From Octopus bimaculoides (Eukaryota), in the NCBI RefSeq assembly GCF_001194135.2, contig NC_068987.1, positions 48,488,615 to 48,552,614 on the forward strand: a stretch of 64,000 nt of DNA, written 5' to 3'. The stretch's first letter is position 1. Each line of letters starts with the position of its first letter. The notes under the pieces were generated by a model, which had not been told where the DNA came from, did not search any database, and saw only the letters and a program-made list of their open reading frames with translations. Made by a program: the position numbers and the translations under genes. Positions 25,201-36,247 of the stretch are shown here, piece after piece.

Positions 25201-28200
25201 GGTAGACAGTCCTGAAGCTCAAGTGCCACCTGCATGAAACGTGTTGGTACCACCGAAAGTTCGGAACACGGGTGCAGAAATGCACAATCCCATGCTCGAT
25301 TTCAGCATCCAGTTCGGGAAACAAGACACCCAGGACTTAAATGCAACAGAAGTTCTTAGCTCCCACCCACAAAGTTGCCTGTTTTTTGTTTGCGATCATG
25401 TAACAGGCATGCGTTTCTTTGTTGACACAGGTGCAGAAGTCAGGCAAAAGAAAAGAAATACCAGTCCGTCTTCAGGCAGTTAACCACTCACCAATTCCAA
25501 CCTACGGTGAACAGTCCCTAACGTTGAATTTAGGACTATGACGCAACTTCCAGTGGGTATTTGTCATAGCTAAACTGCTGACCCCTATCTTAGGAGCTGA
25601 TTTCCTGCATCATTTTGGATTCCTGGTAGACATTAAACATAGAAGACTTGTCGACAGCATCACACAACTCACTGTGTGTGGTGTAGCCACTTGTATGGCC
25701 ACAGTCAGCCCAACTATTTTGCTAACAACAACTTGTCACAGCGCTATCCTGAAAGAATATCCAGACGTCACTCAACCAGTATTCCATAGTCAGCCGATCA
25801 AACATGAAGTCACTCACTACATCAAGACCAGCTGTTGCTGCACAACCCTGAAGGTTACCACCAGATCGTCTTAAGGCCGTCAAGTGACAATTCCAGCACA
25901 TGCTCGGCCTTGGAATCATCCGCCCATCCAGCAGCAACTGGTCTTCACCAATACACTGCGTACCAAAAACATCATCAACCAACTGGAGAGTTTGTGGTGA
26001 TTATCGATCACTAAATAACTGCACTGTAAGTAATGCATATCCTGTCCCCCATCTTCAAGACTTTTCTAGCTCGCATCTTTTCAATGATTGACCTTGAGCG
26101 AGCATACAACCAAATCCCTGTGGAACCTGCAGATATTCCGAAGACAGCAGTCACGACACCCTTCAGAATGTTTAAATTCCTGCATATACCTTTCAGTTTA
26201 CGTACCGTGGCACAAACATTCTAACGGTTTATCGATACAGTTACCAGAAGTTTGCCTTTCGTCTATGCCTCCATAAACAACATACTCGTGGCCAGTAGCT
26301 CAGATGAAGGGTATGATCAACACTTGCACCTGCTATTCGAACACCTGCATGAATACGGTGTTGTTACCAACCCTAACAAGTGTTTGTTCGGAGTTGCGTC
26401 CCTTCATTTTCTTGGGCACATTGTTGATAAGGATGGCATTCGCCCACTTCCTGAGAAAGCCAAGGCCATCGTGGATTGTCCACCACCCACATCTCTCCAC
26501 AAATTGCGGGAATTTCTCGGTTTAGTGAATTTTTATAGGTTTCTACCCCACTATGCAGAGTCAGCGCAACAGCTCATGGATTTAGTATGTCAGTGAACAT
26601 GCAAAAACACAAACATTGCCCTGAGTGAAGAATAACTTTCCTCTTTTGCTGCCTTGGAAAAAGCATTATCTAACGCTACCATGCTGGTGTATCCCAAACC
26701 AGACGCCCCACTGTATGTACTGGTTGATGCATCTGATTCCAGAGTTGGAGGTGTGCTACAGTAGCTTGTTGATGGCATAAAGCAACTGTTGTCTTTCTTT
26801 TCCAACAGGTTAAAACCTGCTGAAACGAAATACAGCACTTTCAGTCGAGAATTATTAGCGGCATACCTGGCTGTTAAGCATTTCTGACACATGCTAGAAG
26901 GTACCAATTTTGCCATATACACCCACCACAAACCACTGGTGTATGCATTTAATAGCAAGCCTGATTGTCACTCGCTGAGAGAAGTCTGCCATCTTGACTT
27001 CATATCGAGTACACGACAGATATATTCCACATCAAAGGGCCGACCAACTCAGCGTCCAATGCACTATCACGCACGCAGATCAATGCAATGCACACCACTG
27101 CCACAATTGATCTTCCATGTATAGCAGCTGACCAGGAGAATGATGAAGAACTTCTAAAGCTCCGAAATTCGTCTCTCAAATTTCAGGAAGTTCTGGTACC
27201 ACCATCCACAGCCCATATATGGTGTGATATCTCCACTGGTCACCAACGCTCTCATGTACTGCAGAAGCATCACCGTCAAGTTTTTTCTGCCCTGCATCCT
27301 TTGTCACATCCTGGTATTTGTTCCATTTAAAAGCTGATATCGACCTGTTTTGTGTGGACCAGTATCAACAAGGATAGAGAATGGACCAAGTGCCAAAAAC
27401 TGAAAATCTACTGGCACATAAAATCACCGATTGGCTCCTTTTCAAAACCCCACGCATGACTTCAGCATGTACACATCGACATTGTGGGACCCCTGCCACC
27501 TTCACAGGACTGTATACACCTTCTCACCGGTGTCGATCGTTTTTCGCGGTAGCCTGAAGCTTGGCCCTTATGAGATACTTCAGCAGAAACGGTCGCCAAA
27601 ATGCTGATATCCCCTTGGGTTTCACATTTTGGCACACACACAACTATCGCCACCGACAGAGGACATCAGTTCGATTCTCACCTTTTCACCAAGCTGACTC
27701 GTCTCCTTAAAAAAGCATTCGTCGAAGAGGACTTATTTCAGCACCCCCACTTCCTCAAATGGACTCAACAACTTCAGCTTCACCCATCGCAAACACTTCA
27801 GATTCTGCACAACCCCGGCACACCAAATCAGGAAGAACAGTTTGATGGCCCGCAAGGTTTGTTCAAGTCTTTCGAGTAAGTTCAAACTCTTCACCTACCC
27901 ATTTTCTCAATTGAAATGTCCACATCAACACAAAAAAACAAATTGTTTATTTTTCTTATGGTTATGAACAATTTACACATACGGAACCCAAATGACACTG
28001 CATCACCTGCATACAAACCAAAAGGAAACAACGAACATTTTGTGTAAAAAAAACACATTTTTCTACATCAATGAAAACCATTTTTATAAACATTGACTAA
28101 ACATTTCACAAACGAACTTTTTCCACAAACATTTTTCATTTTTCTGTCAATTCCTTGCATGTACATATGTTTTGCTCCTTGTGTGCTTACACTCACATTC

Positions 28201-31200
28201 TCATGTGTACTACCACTTGATCTTTTGTGCCACTGAAAGACACCTTACCTCTAGTGGTTTGTGTAATCAATAGTCGCACATCTCTTTCAACACGTCAACA
28301 TGTTTCTGCCTAGGCATATACATATTGCCTAACATATTGCACACATCAACTCTGAACTTTTTTGCTTTATATTTTTATTGCTTTCACTCCCCATGTTTTT
28401 GACATGTGTTCATTTGTCTGTAAATTACACTGTATAAATTCTTTTCTGCATTATACACAAAATCACATTTTCAATATCATTCGATCTCTGTGGCTTTCTC
28501 ACCAGAAGTGGGGGATAGTGTAAAAACTAACACTCCCTTTCTCCAAGCTTAGATTCGAAACCAAATCTAAGGATTCTCGCTCGTCTGAGCCACGACTGAC
28601 CAAATAGGCACGAAAGAAATTTTCTTTGTCCTGTCAAAAAATGATAGATTGTGTCCCTTCGACCTCCGACCTCAGCCATGTCAGGCAAAGTTCAAATAGA
28701 CAGGAGCTGACCTATTTAGACACAATCTATACTGCAGTATGTCTGTCTAGCTGTATGTCTAGCTGCCATGATGGGTTATAAATACCGTGGTCAGTAAAGG
28801 GACACACAGAAAGGATCTGGTACGCAGATAGAGTGCACGAGATAGCCAACCAGTACTTTCTCAGATGAATGATGAACACATAGACATAAAACATATTCAG
28901 TTCTACCACATCATATCCACAGATGTATCCTGTTTTTTATTCTTCTCCAGCTCAAAGCCGTTGGCAACAAATAAATGCAGTGAAAAATTGCGCATATCAC
29001 CAGCAAATGCAAGCCCCATAAATAAAATATTTAAATCGATGTCATTCCATTATTTAATTTGAAGGCATCCACATGCCTATCACATCTGTTTACCTCAGCA
29101 CATTCTGATACACCTTTTCCACTACACATATACAGATTAACTGGGGAACAGTGAAACTAACTATAGTCAACCTATTTGACTGGTAATGACTAGTCAGCTA
29201 TATGTTCTAATATGATTAATATCCTTCTTGTCTTGATCATAGTTTTAATGTCCACTTTTCCATGTTTGCATCATACAGGATTCATTGAGGTAGATCTTCT
29301 ATTGCTAGAATGCTCTCCGTTGCCAACCTCCATCTATTTCCAAGCAAGGTAATATTTTCCACTAGCTCAGACATGTTTTCTCAGGAAATTGCAAAGAAAT
29401 AGTACCACTCAAATTATGGTGATGTTTGTTTACAGTCAGTGCTTGATGTCAGAACAAGACAGAAACGTTGACAATGGGTTTCTTTCCAGTTTTTGTCCAG
29501 CAAATTTACTTACAAGGCTTTAGTTGGCTCAAAGCTAAAGTAGAAGACATTTATCCAAGTGCTGTGTAGTGGGGTTGAACCTGAAATGACATGGTTGTGT
29601 AGCAACTCAAGGTACTAATCCAATACACTGAATTTTATATTTCCCAATCAACTACATTATTTTCCCAGAATGCACAGTCATCGCTGTGTGGTTAAGAAGG
29701 TGATTTCCTAACTACAAGCAAGTATCTTCTACTATAGCTCTGGACTGACCAAAGCTTTCTGGGTGTATTTCGTATATGGAAACTGAAAGATGCCCATTGC
29801 ATGTGTGTGTGTATACATTTGTGTCTCCTTGTCTTGACATTACATGATAGTTGTAAGCATCACCATCATACAAGCAGTTTCATTCCTTTGAATTCTACTG
29901 TGAAAACATGCCAGCCAAGGGAAACTACTATCTCACTTGGAAAGAGGTGAGGGTTAGTGACAGGAAAAGCATCTGGTTGTCGAAATTTGCCTCATCAAAT
30001 TCTATCTGACCCATATGCAAGCAAAGAAGAGTGGATGTTAAAATTGACAATGGTGATGAAAAATGCGCTCACATACATGTTCAACTCACTTTGGTTTCAG
30101 CAGCATCCTGAAAAATATTCTGCAGTCTTTGGTAATACAACTCATATTCTTCATTGGTTGCGATACTACCTTCATCCATTAGATCACCAAGGAAAAGAAT
30201 GATATCTGGTGAGGAGTGGAGAAATGCCATACTAAATGAACGGCTTATGTACCTGGAAGGGAAAGAAAAAAAACATTTTTTTTATGTAACAGAAAAGGTT
30301 GCCATTTGCAGCAAAAAGGAATTTAGAATATAATGAAAGACATGTATGTCCACTTTGCTGGGTAGTTGGTATTAGGAAGGGCATCCAACTGTAAAAACTA
30401 TGCCAAAACAGATACAGAAGTCTGGTGCAGGCTCCTGTAAAATCATCTAACCTATGCCAGCATGGAAGGCAGACATTGAATGATGAGGATAATGTGTGTA
30501 AAAGGTTGATAGCAACATTAAGACATTAGTCTCAATCTATCACCTTTCAACAAAAATATATCTTAGGAAACAGTAGAACAATTAATAACATAATAAAATA
30601 AGTTTTATTTTGGTGATGCTTGGCTTTACAAAACCTGTGTCATTCAGCCTGGTAGCTGCTGGTTAACTTGTAATCAGCATCTGGAGATTAAAAACTTCGT
30701 TGAGGCATCTGAGAGGAGCAAGTTGTTATTACATCGAAGGCATCATGCTAAAGAGGCTGAGAAAACGCGCGAAGCGCTTTAAGTACTGGTTTACTTCGCA
30801 TGCGCACTTGAAGGGCTTCCAGGAAGGCAAGTCCCTTGCGCATGCGTAGATTGTACTTCCTTAATGGCGGCCATAAATTCGCGCCACTACATATGTAATA
30901 TTTTTTCAACAGTAACAATAAAACACATTTTAAGAAAACAAGCTTCTAATAGTGCAGCCACTGCTAAGACAGTCATAGTCCAAGACATGATGGGCTAATT
31001 TCCCATAACCATTTAATGCAGGGGTCCCCACCACTACCAGACTACACAGAAAGAATTTTAAAATTTTATTTCTATTTCATTGATTATTGCAAACTGCAGG
31101 ACTTTTATGCATTTCATATGTTATATGTATGCATTATATATGTAATAATTACATTATATATTATGCACTTTATTGTGTTTTGTTATGAATGTGATCCACT

Positions 31201-34200
31201 TGTCTGTGGAACAATTGTCTTGTATGAAATTATGCATTATTTTTCAGAGCAGGTCACTTTGGAACATTGAAGAATATGATTTTTTAAAACAAGTATTGAT
31301 TCATCAGCATTGTTTAACATCCACTTTCCATGCTGGCTTGTACTGGACAGTTTGACATGGAGCTGGCCAGCTGGGAACTGTCCAGACTCCAACTGTCTGT
31401 TGTGGCATGGTTTCTACGGTTGGATGCCCTTTCTAATGCCAACTGCTTGACAGTGTGCTAAATGCTTTTTATGTGCCACCAGCACAGGTGTGTTTATGTA
31501 GCAGCGGTATGGGTGGTTTTTTGTAGCATTGGCACTCGAAAGAACAAGCTTGTATGTGTAGAAGGCAGCAATTTTACTTAGCTTGATGCATCTTATCAAG
31601 TACAACAAATCGCTACATTTCCCAGTCCCTTGTCATTTCCTCAGCATGGCCCAGCATCTGAAGATCCTTTCTCACCACTTTGTCCCATGTCTTCCTGGGT
31701 CTACCCCTTTCACAATTGGAGCTCAGCACTTTTTTATGCAGTTATCCTCATCCATATGCATTACATGACCAAACCAGTGCAGTCTTCTCTCTTGTACACA
31801 TCTGATGCCTCTTATGCACAGTTTTCCTTAAATCATTTACACTCTGTTGTGTATGCACACTGACATTATCCATCCAGTGGAGTATGCTAGCTGCATTTCT
31901 TTCAAACCTTTGCAATTCCTCTGTAGTCAAAGCCCATGTTTCACTGCCATGTAAAATAGCTGTATGTACACATGCATCATACAATCTGCTTTTCACTCTC
32001 AAGGAGAGGCTCTTATTGACCAACAAAGGTAGAAGCACTCTAAACTTTGTTCAGTCTGTTCTTATTCTAGCAACTACACTTTCAGAACTTCCTTCCCCAC
32101 TGCTAAGTCTCCTAGGTAACAGAAGCTATCTACTACTTCTAATGATCTCCACCAAGCATTTGAAGGGGTCTACTGTCTACACATTTTTAGTATTTATTGT
32201 ACCTGCACATTTACCAGACACAAAGACTATATTCTCTGTTAACCTTCTTGTGATACCGCTACACCTCTTATGTGTCTAAAGCTTGCGCTAGGTACAACAT
32301 ATGTTGTTTCTACCAACACCCTTCTTACATATTGAGCAGGGCCATCTCCCAGAAGGGACTTGTGATTTGTCTGTTTTCCTACTTACTTTGGTTTTTGCTA
32401 AATTAACTCTCAGGCCCTTTGATTCCAGGCCTGGTTTCCACACCTGAAATTTCTTTCCTAGGTCAGATAGTGGTTCAATTACAAAAACAAGGTCATCAGT
32501 GTAGAGGAACTTCCAGAGACAGCCAGTCTTGAATTCCTCTGGTAAAGCCTGGAGGACTAAGATAAATAAGAGAGGCCTGAGCCTTGGTAAACTCCTACCT
32601 GTACATTGAATTCCTCGCTACACTAATTGCCAACCATCACCTTACTGGCAGCATCCCTGTACATGGTTTGTACTGCTCTCATTAACCACTCATCTATCTC
32701 TAGTTCCTGCATTAACCATCAGTGAAGGAAGCGGAGGACCTTGTCAAAGACTTTCTCCATGTCGACAAAAGCCAGGTACAGAGGTTTATTTTTGGCTAAT
32801 TACTTCTCCTGTAGTTGCCTAAGCAGGAATATAACACCAGTCATGCTCTTACTTGACACAAATCCGAACTGCATCATATCTATGGTAATTCTCTTCCTAA
32901 TTAATTGTGCTACGACTCTTTCTGTGTCTTACATCACCTGGTCTAGCAATTTGATGCCTCTGTAATTATTTCTGTCTAAGGCATCACCTTTGCCTTTGTA
33001 GCAGCTAACTACAATGCTGCTACACCAATCGTTGGGTATGACTCCTTTACAGATAACCTGACTAACTATACGAGTGACTAAGATATGTCCTACTCCACTA
33101 CATATTTTAACCATCTAAGTTGTGATGCCCGATGGGCCAGGGGCTTTCCTTGTCTTCATATCCGCAATTGCTTTATCTACCAAGCTACTGTTGATTCAGA
33201 TAGCTGGTCCCTCAGTTGGGTCTACATTTGGCAAACTCTCTATGTCCCATGTATTGTCCACATCTAGCAGCATTCCACACCTTTAGATAGTTGTTCAAAC
33301 CACCACAATCATAAAATCATCTGATAGCACAAGTTGGATACATATACATACCTGTCTGCATCCCATCGTGAAAAATACCCTACTGGAAAGGCTGGCTCTC
33401 TTTGGTAACCTTGTATTTGTGGGTCTGAAACAAGCAGGAGCACCATGTCTCCATCATGTCTGGAAGAGAGGAAAAAAAGAATGGAAGTTGAGGAATGTCA
33501 ACACAGATTAAATTTCTAGATTAAAATAAAACATGCAAGATTATCAGTAAACTCTTGTCATAAACACAAGACATCTTATCAATGCTGTAACAACTCTGTC
33601 AGCTTGATGCCAAAATGCCTGAGCTAATAAGAGTCAATTTTTTTTTTGATAACTTGGCTCAAAATGGATTTATGAGAAAAAATAGAAAACAAGTTAGCAT
33701 AAGTCTCAAGAGCATACATGATTTGAGTAGAATACCTAAATAATAGTTTGGAAATAAAATTAAGTTGCTGGGAGCTTACAACTAGTCTATGGCATTAACC
33801 ATACATACCTACAAACATATATATAAGATCATCATCAAATCATTGAATGTCCATGTTCAATACTGGTATGGGCTGGATGGTTTGACAAGCTCTGACAGGT
33901 CCAAAGACTGCATCATGCTCCATTGTCTGCTTTGGCATGGTTTCTATAGCTTCCTAATGCCAACCATTTTACAGCGCATTGGATGCTTTTTACATAGCAT
34001 CTGTAGCAATGAAATCACCAAGGAACTTGCAAGACCTCTCAACTGAGGTAGGAATAGTATTGAAGGAGGTGATTTAGTGCCAGGTGATGAGATGTTAGAG
34101 TACTAATAGTACAGGCACTCCATTGGTTATGACAAGGGTTCCAGTTGATTCAATCAGTGGATCACCTGCTTGTGAAATTAATGTTTAAGTGGCTGAGCAC

Positions 34201-34738
34201 TCCACAGACATGCATATCCTTAACATAATTCTCAGGCAGATTCAGTATGACACAGAGTGTGACACAAGGCAGGCCCTTTGAATTACAGGTACACTTCATT
34301 TTTGCCAGCCAAGTTAACTGGAGCAATGTAAAATAAGGTGTCTTGCTCAAGAACACAACGCACCATCAGGAATCAAACTTATGACTTTACAATTGTAAAG
34401 TGAATACCCTAACCACTAAGCTATGCATCTTCATGTATGAGTAGAAAGACAAAAAAAGGTCTTGCAGTAGAGGAGATACATGGCTACCTTAGTTGGGGAG
34501 GGAGGGAGAGAGAGAGGGGGAGAGAGGGTAAAACAGGATAACTATTGGAAGGGTAGAAATATGAAAGAAAACATCATTACCTTGTTTCCACAGGGATAGG
34601 TGCCCATTGGAGATAGTGGGCAAAATGTAAAACATATTCATTACCAATTATTAATAGTAAGCCAGATAGAAACAAAAAACTTTTGCTTGTAATTCTTTTA
34701 ATGAGGCGAGAAGCAATGTTTGGCCCCTTAATACCCAT
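7664..34738 (-). CDS. MPPE1-like: Cdc1/PGAP5(MPPE1)-like metallophosphoesterase gene, 8 coding exons: join(34738-34581, 33459-33352, 30252-30090, 23257-23120, 21098-20958, 11048-10998, 9890-9686, 7842-7664), 1143 nt, 380 aa
   Basis: Hand-spliced exons give one uninterrupted frame with GT-AG introns and matching phases (2,2,0,0,0,0,1). The protein has an N-terminal TM with NEY..Y..W, then [66 protein letters not shown] and a C-terminal TM. This is the motif order of the Cdc1-like calcineurin-like phosphoesterase family. Orthology to vertebrate MPPE1 is not established. Confidence 0.92.
7932..8162. mobile_element. piggyBac-type MITE (TTAA-CCCTTT...AAAGGG-TTAA family)
   Basis: Ends AAAGGGTTAA. 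Homologous copies at ~19180-19320, 20050-20380, 23988-24197, 54548-55200 (interrupted), 55545-55735, 58525-58695 and 59665-59890. Confidence 0.75.
9686..9890 (-). CDS. Coding exon 7: [68 protein letters not shown](N)
   Basis: Acceptor ccctttatgtag, donor A|gtaagt, 205 nt, phase 0/1. Overlaps the track ORF 9678-9878. Confidence 0.92.
10998..11048 (-). CDS. Coding exon 6 (51 nt): [17 protein letters not shown]; motif V (GHxH)
   Basis: Acceptor tcctatgtgttgcag, donor AAG|gtaatt, phase 0/0. Confidence 0.9.
12031..12076. repeat. 16-bp tandem repeat ATCTATGAAGCATAGC, ~3 copies
   Basis: Direct. Confidence 0.9.
12400..12500 (+). ncRNA. Decayed minimal type I hammerhead ribozyme motif (Penelope pLTR-type)
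   Basis: GTAC-CTGATGA-GACC-(long loop)-GGTC-aAAAt-GGCt-GTT-GTAC. All three deviations from GGTC-GAAAC-GGCC-GTT fall on CpG dinucleotides. Confidence 0.6.
12756..12993. repeat. Inverted-repeat element (~95-bp arms, ~47-bp spacer) whose arms contain a minimal hammerhead-like motif
   Basis: gtaaaaagagagaaaatagaaaacttttgacaatgc... at 12761 pairs with ...gcattgtcaaaagttttctattttctccctttttac ending at 12988. Right arm motif: TCTT-CTGAAGA-...-GAAAC-ATA-AAGA (12898-12935). Confidence 0.8.
13430..13502. repeat. Compound (TCTA)n(CT)n(TA)n microsatellite
   Basis: Direct. Confidence 0.95.
13800..14300 (-). mobile_element. Possible very old hAT transposase C-terminal fossil
   Basis: [20 protein letters not shown] and [22 protein letters not shown] resemble the region before the hAT dimerisation domain. 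Many stops and frameshifts; the similarity was judged by eye only. Confidence 0.3.
15535..15970 (+). mobile_element. SINE copy, family of 795-1245
   Basis: Head, body and tail align by eye. Ends GGACGTTAAAATCACAATGATGATG. Confidence 0.85.
16150..17200 (-). mobile_element. Heavily degraded Penelope-like element (RT-linker and GIY-YIG region), with SINE tail inserted at ~16960-17080
   Basis: Minus-strand [23 protein letters not shown] matches the Penelope H..S.HK..KIFNRNTVKVSYSC motif. C-L-x-QCLTK and FRNE remnants lie downstream. Confidence 0.7.
19615..20051 (+). mobile_element. Internally deleted Tc1/mariner-superfamily element (DUF4817-type HTH fused to the transposase C-terminus)
   Basis: [61 protein letters not shown] is joined to [19 protein letters not shown]. 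The right TIR ends CACCCTGTA-TA. Confidence 0.8.
20958..21098 (-). CDS. Coding exon 5: [47 protein letters not shown]; motif IV His
   Basis: Acceptor atattttttag, donor CCT|gtaagt, 141 nt, phase 0/0. Confidence 0.88.
21796..22058 (+). mobile_element. Probable solo LTR (TGTAGT...TTTTACA)
   Basis: TG..CA termini, AATAAA at 21995-22000, CpG-rich, two GCGCATGCG-type motifs near the 5' end. No clear TSD, so the right boundary is uncertain. Confidence 0.5.
22562..22946 (+). mobile_element. SINE copy, family of 795-1245
   Basis: B-box GGGTTCAATTCC. Tail ends AAATGATGATGATGAT. Confidence 0.8.
23120..23257 (-). CDS. Coding exon 4: [46 protein letters not shown]; motif III variant GDND
   Basis: Acceptor aatttttcag, donor AAG|gtatgc, 138 nt, phase 0/0. 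Confidence 0.94.
23988..24197. mobile_element. piggyBac-type MITE abutting the gypsy 5' LTR
   Basis: TTAACTCATTTGTTACC...GGTATCAAACGGTTAA. Confidence 0.78.
24198..24770 (+). repeat. 5' LTR of the gypsy element (first ~10 nt missing, abuts a MITE)
   Basis: Direct repeat of 28519-29126, ends CCACTACA, followed by the PBS. It lacks a 26-nt segment present in the 3' LTR. Confidence 0.92.
25230..27870 (+). pseudogene. Disrupted gag C-terminus/pol of the gypsy element
   Basis: Fragmented track ORFs 25241-27879 carry PR, RT, RNase H and IN motifs. The RT YxDD motif has decayed to SINN. Integrase jumps at ~27710 from the catalytic core to the C-terminal LKKAF...TKSGRTV*WPAR segment. Confidence 0.9.
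28519..29126 (+). repeat. 3' LTR of the gypsy element
   Basis: TGTAAAAAC...CCACTACA, preceded by the PPT, contains AATAAA. Roughly 7% diverged from the 5' LTR in the first ~170 aligned nt (hand count), mostly transitions. Confidence 0.93.
29685..30057 (+). mobile_element. SINE copy ending ~30 nt before coding exon 3
   Basis: Same family. Tail GGATGTTAAAATTGACAATGGTGATG. Confidence 0.8.
30090..30252 (-). CDS. Coding exon 3: [54 protein letters not shown]; motif II (GDxxD)
   Basis: Acceptor ttttctttcccttccag, donor AAA|gtgagt, 163 nt, phase 2/0. Confidence 0.94.
30497..30891 (-). mobile_element. Probable solo LTR (TGTAGTGGCG...TTTTACA on the minus strand)
   Basis: TG..CA termini, minus-strand AATAAA at 30609-30604, CpG-rich, GCGCATGCG motifs. 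Only an imperfect 4-nt TSD (tgtg/tatg). Confidence 0.55.
31390..33285 (-). mobile_element. RTE-clade LINE, 5'-truncated and degenerate
   Basis: [36 protein letters not shown]; [21 protein letters not shown]. The 3' tail is shared with many SINE copies in the window. Confidence 0.9.
33352..33459 (-). CDS. Coding exon 2: [35 protein letters not shown](R); motif I (DPQ)
   Basis: Acceptor tttttttcctctcttccag, donor AG|gtatgt, 108 nt, phase 2/2. Confidence 0.93.
34581..34738 (-). CDS. Coding exon 1: [52 protein letters not shown](R); N-terminal TM anchor
   Basis: Acceptor tttatatttgcag just before 34752 (exon starts in the 5' UTR), ATG at 34738, donor AG|gtaatg at 34581/34580, phase 2. Confidence 0.88.
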
Positions 34739-35338
34739 TTGTTCTAGTCATGCTGCAAATATAAAATAAACAGATGAGTGGATATATTTTTAACGAGTTA
34801 GAAAATAAATTAACTCCAATATATTAATACTTACTGTATTCATTAACAGTTCAAATAATATAAAAACTAGCTGGACCCATGAAAACTTCACAAAAACATA
34901 AATGTAAGCATCTGTAAATTGTGTGCTGGTGCCATGAGAAATGTTTCTATATTGTGACACTTACAGAATATAGAAAGAAGTGTAAAACTGATAAATATAT
35001 ATACCCATCCAAAATATCTGTTACGCAAATATAAACAGAATTACTTTTTAGCCTTAAAATACATTGTACATATTCAAAGAACCTTCTTGGTTTAGTGGTA
35101 CAGAATGTTCTTCTGGTATTCTTTTATTCTTTTACTTGTTTCAGTCATTTGACAGTGGCCATGCAAGAGCACCACCCTTTAGTCAAAGAAATCAACCCCT
35201 GGACTTATTCCCTGTAAGCCTGGTACTTATTCTATCAGTCTCTTCTGCAGAACAGCTAAGTTACAGGGATGCAAATACACCAACATCAGTTGTCAAGCAA
35301 TGGTGGTGGGGGGGACAAACACACATAAATATATACAT

Positions 35339-35483
35339 ATACAGGAGTTGGACAAAATAATGGAAACACCTTAAAATTTCAAACAAATTTATTTTGATAT
35401 GGGGTAGGAGCGCCTTTGGCAGTAATTATAACTTGAATTCTATGAGGTATGGACTCGTACAAAGTTTGAATTGTTTCCAAAGA
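35339..35483 (+). mobile_element. Tc1-like left terminus fragment
   Basis: TA-CAGGAGTTGGACAAAATAATGGAAACACC terminus, truncated by the RTE insertion. Confidence 0.55.
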
Positions 35484-36247
35484 CCTGGGATGAGGTGGTG
35501 AAGCACGACCTTCGAACATTAGGCCTCACCGAGGCAATGACTAGTGACTGAGACCTTTGGAAATATGCTGTGCTTGAGAAGACCCGGCAAGCCAAGTGAG
35601 ACCATAACCTGTGGGCCTGCTCGACATTCAAAGCATTGGCACCTGGTGGGACCACCCACGTTAAAAATAGGGAAGTGTAGACATTACATGTCTTTACAAT
35701 TGGACATTGGACACTAAACTCTGCCTGCAAAGACCTGTTGAGGCAAGTGAAATCAAAATCAAATTCGATGACAGCACCACATAACTGGCATCTGTGCTAG
35801 TGGAGCAGTAAGAGCACCATCCGAGCATAATCGTTGCCAGGACCACTGACTGGCTCCCGTGCTGGTGGCACGTAAAAAATCACCATTCAAGCATGATCGT
35901 TACAAGCATTGCCTTACTGGCACTTGTGCTGGTAGCACGTGAAAAACAACATTCAAGCGAGGTTGTTACCAGTGCCGCTGGACTGGCTCCTGTGCAGGTA
36001 GCATGGAAAAAACACCATTTGAGTGTGGCCATTGCTAGTACCGCCTGACTGGCCCTCATTCCGGTGGCACGTAAAAGCACCCACTACACTCTCGGAGTGG
36101 TTGGCATTAGGAAGGGCATCCAGCTGTAGAAACTCTGCCAGATCAGATTGGAGCCTGGTGCAGCCATCTGGCTTGCCAGTCCTCAGTCAAACCGTCCAAC
36201 CCATGCCAGCATGGAAAGCGGACGTTAAACAATGATGATGATGATGA
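35484..36247 (+). mobile_element. RTE 3'-end/tail element ending in (GAT)n
   Basis: KTWDEVVKHDLRTLGLTEAMTSD*DLWKYAVLEKTRQAK*, then tail ending GGACGTTAAACAATGATGATGATGATGAT. A similar tail lies at 54708-55156. Confidence 0.85.

Larger units (their letters stand above)
24198..29126 (+). mobile_element. Ty3/gypsy LTR retrotransposon, degenerate and internally deleted, intronic and antisense to the host gene
   Basis: Two LTRs, PBS TGGTGACCC at 24773 and PPT AGAAGTGGGGGATAG at 28504-28518. Gag Cys-His motif [12 protein letters not shown], protease FVDTGA, RT ([21 protein letters not shown]; [10 protein letters not shown]), RNase H (VDASD; [11 protein letters not shown]) and integrase (HIDIVGPLP; TDRGHQF) occur in PR-RT-RH-IN order with stops and frameshifts. 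Confidence 0.95.
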
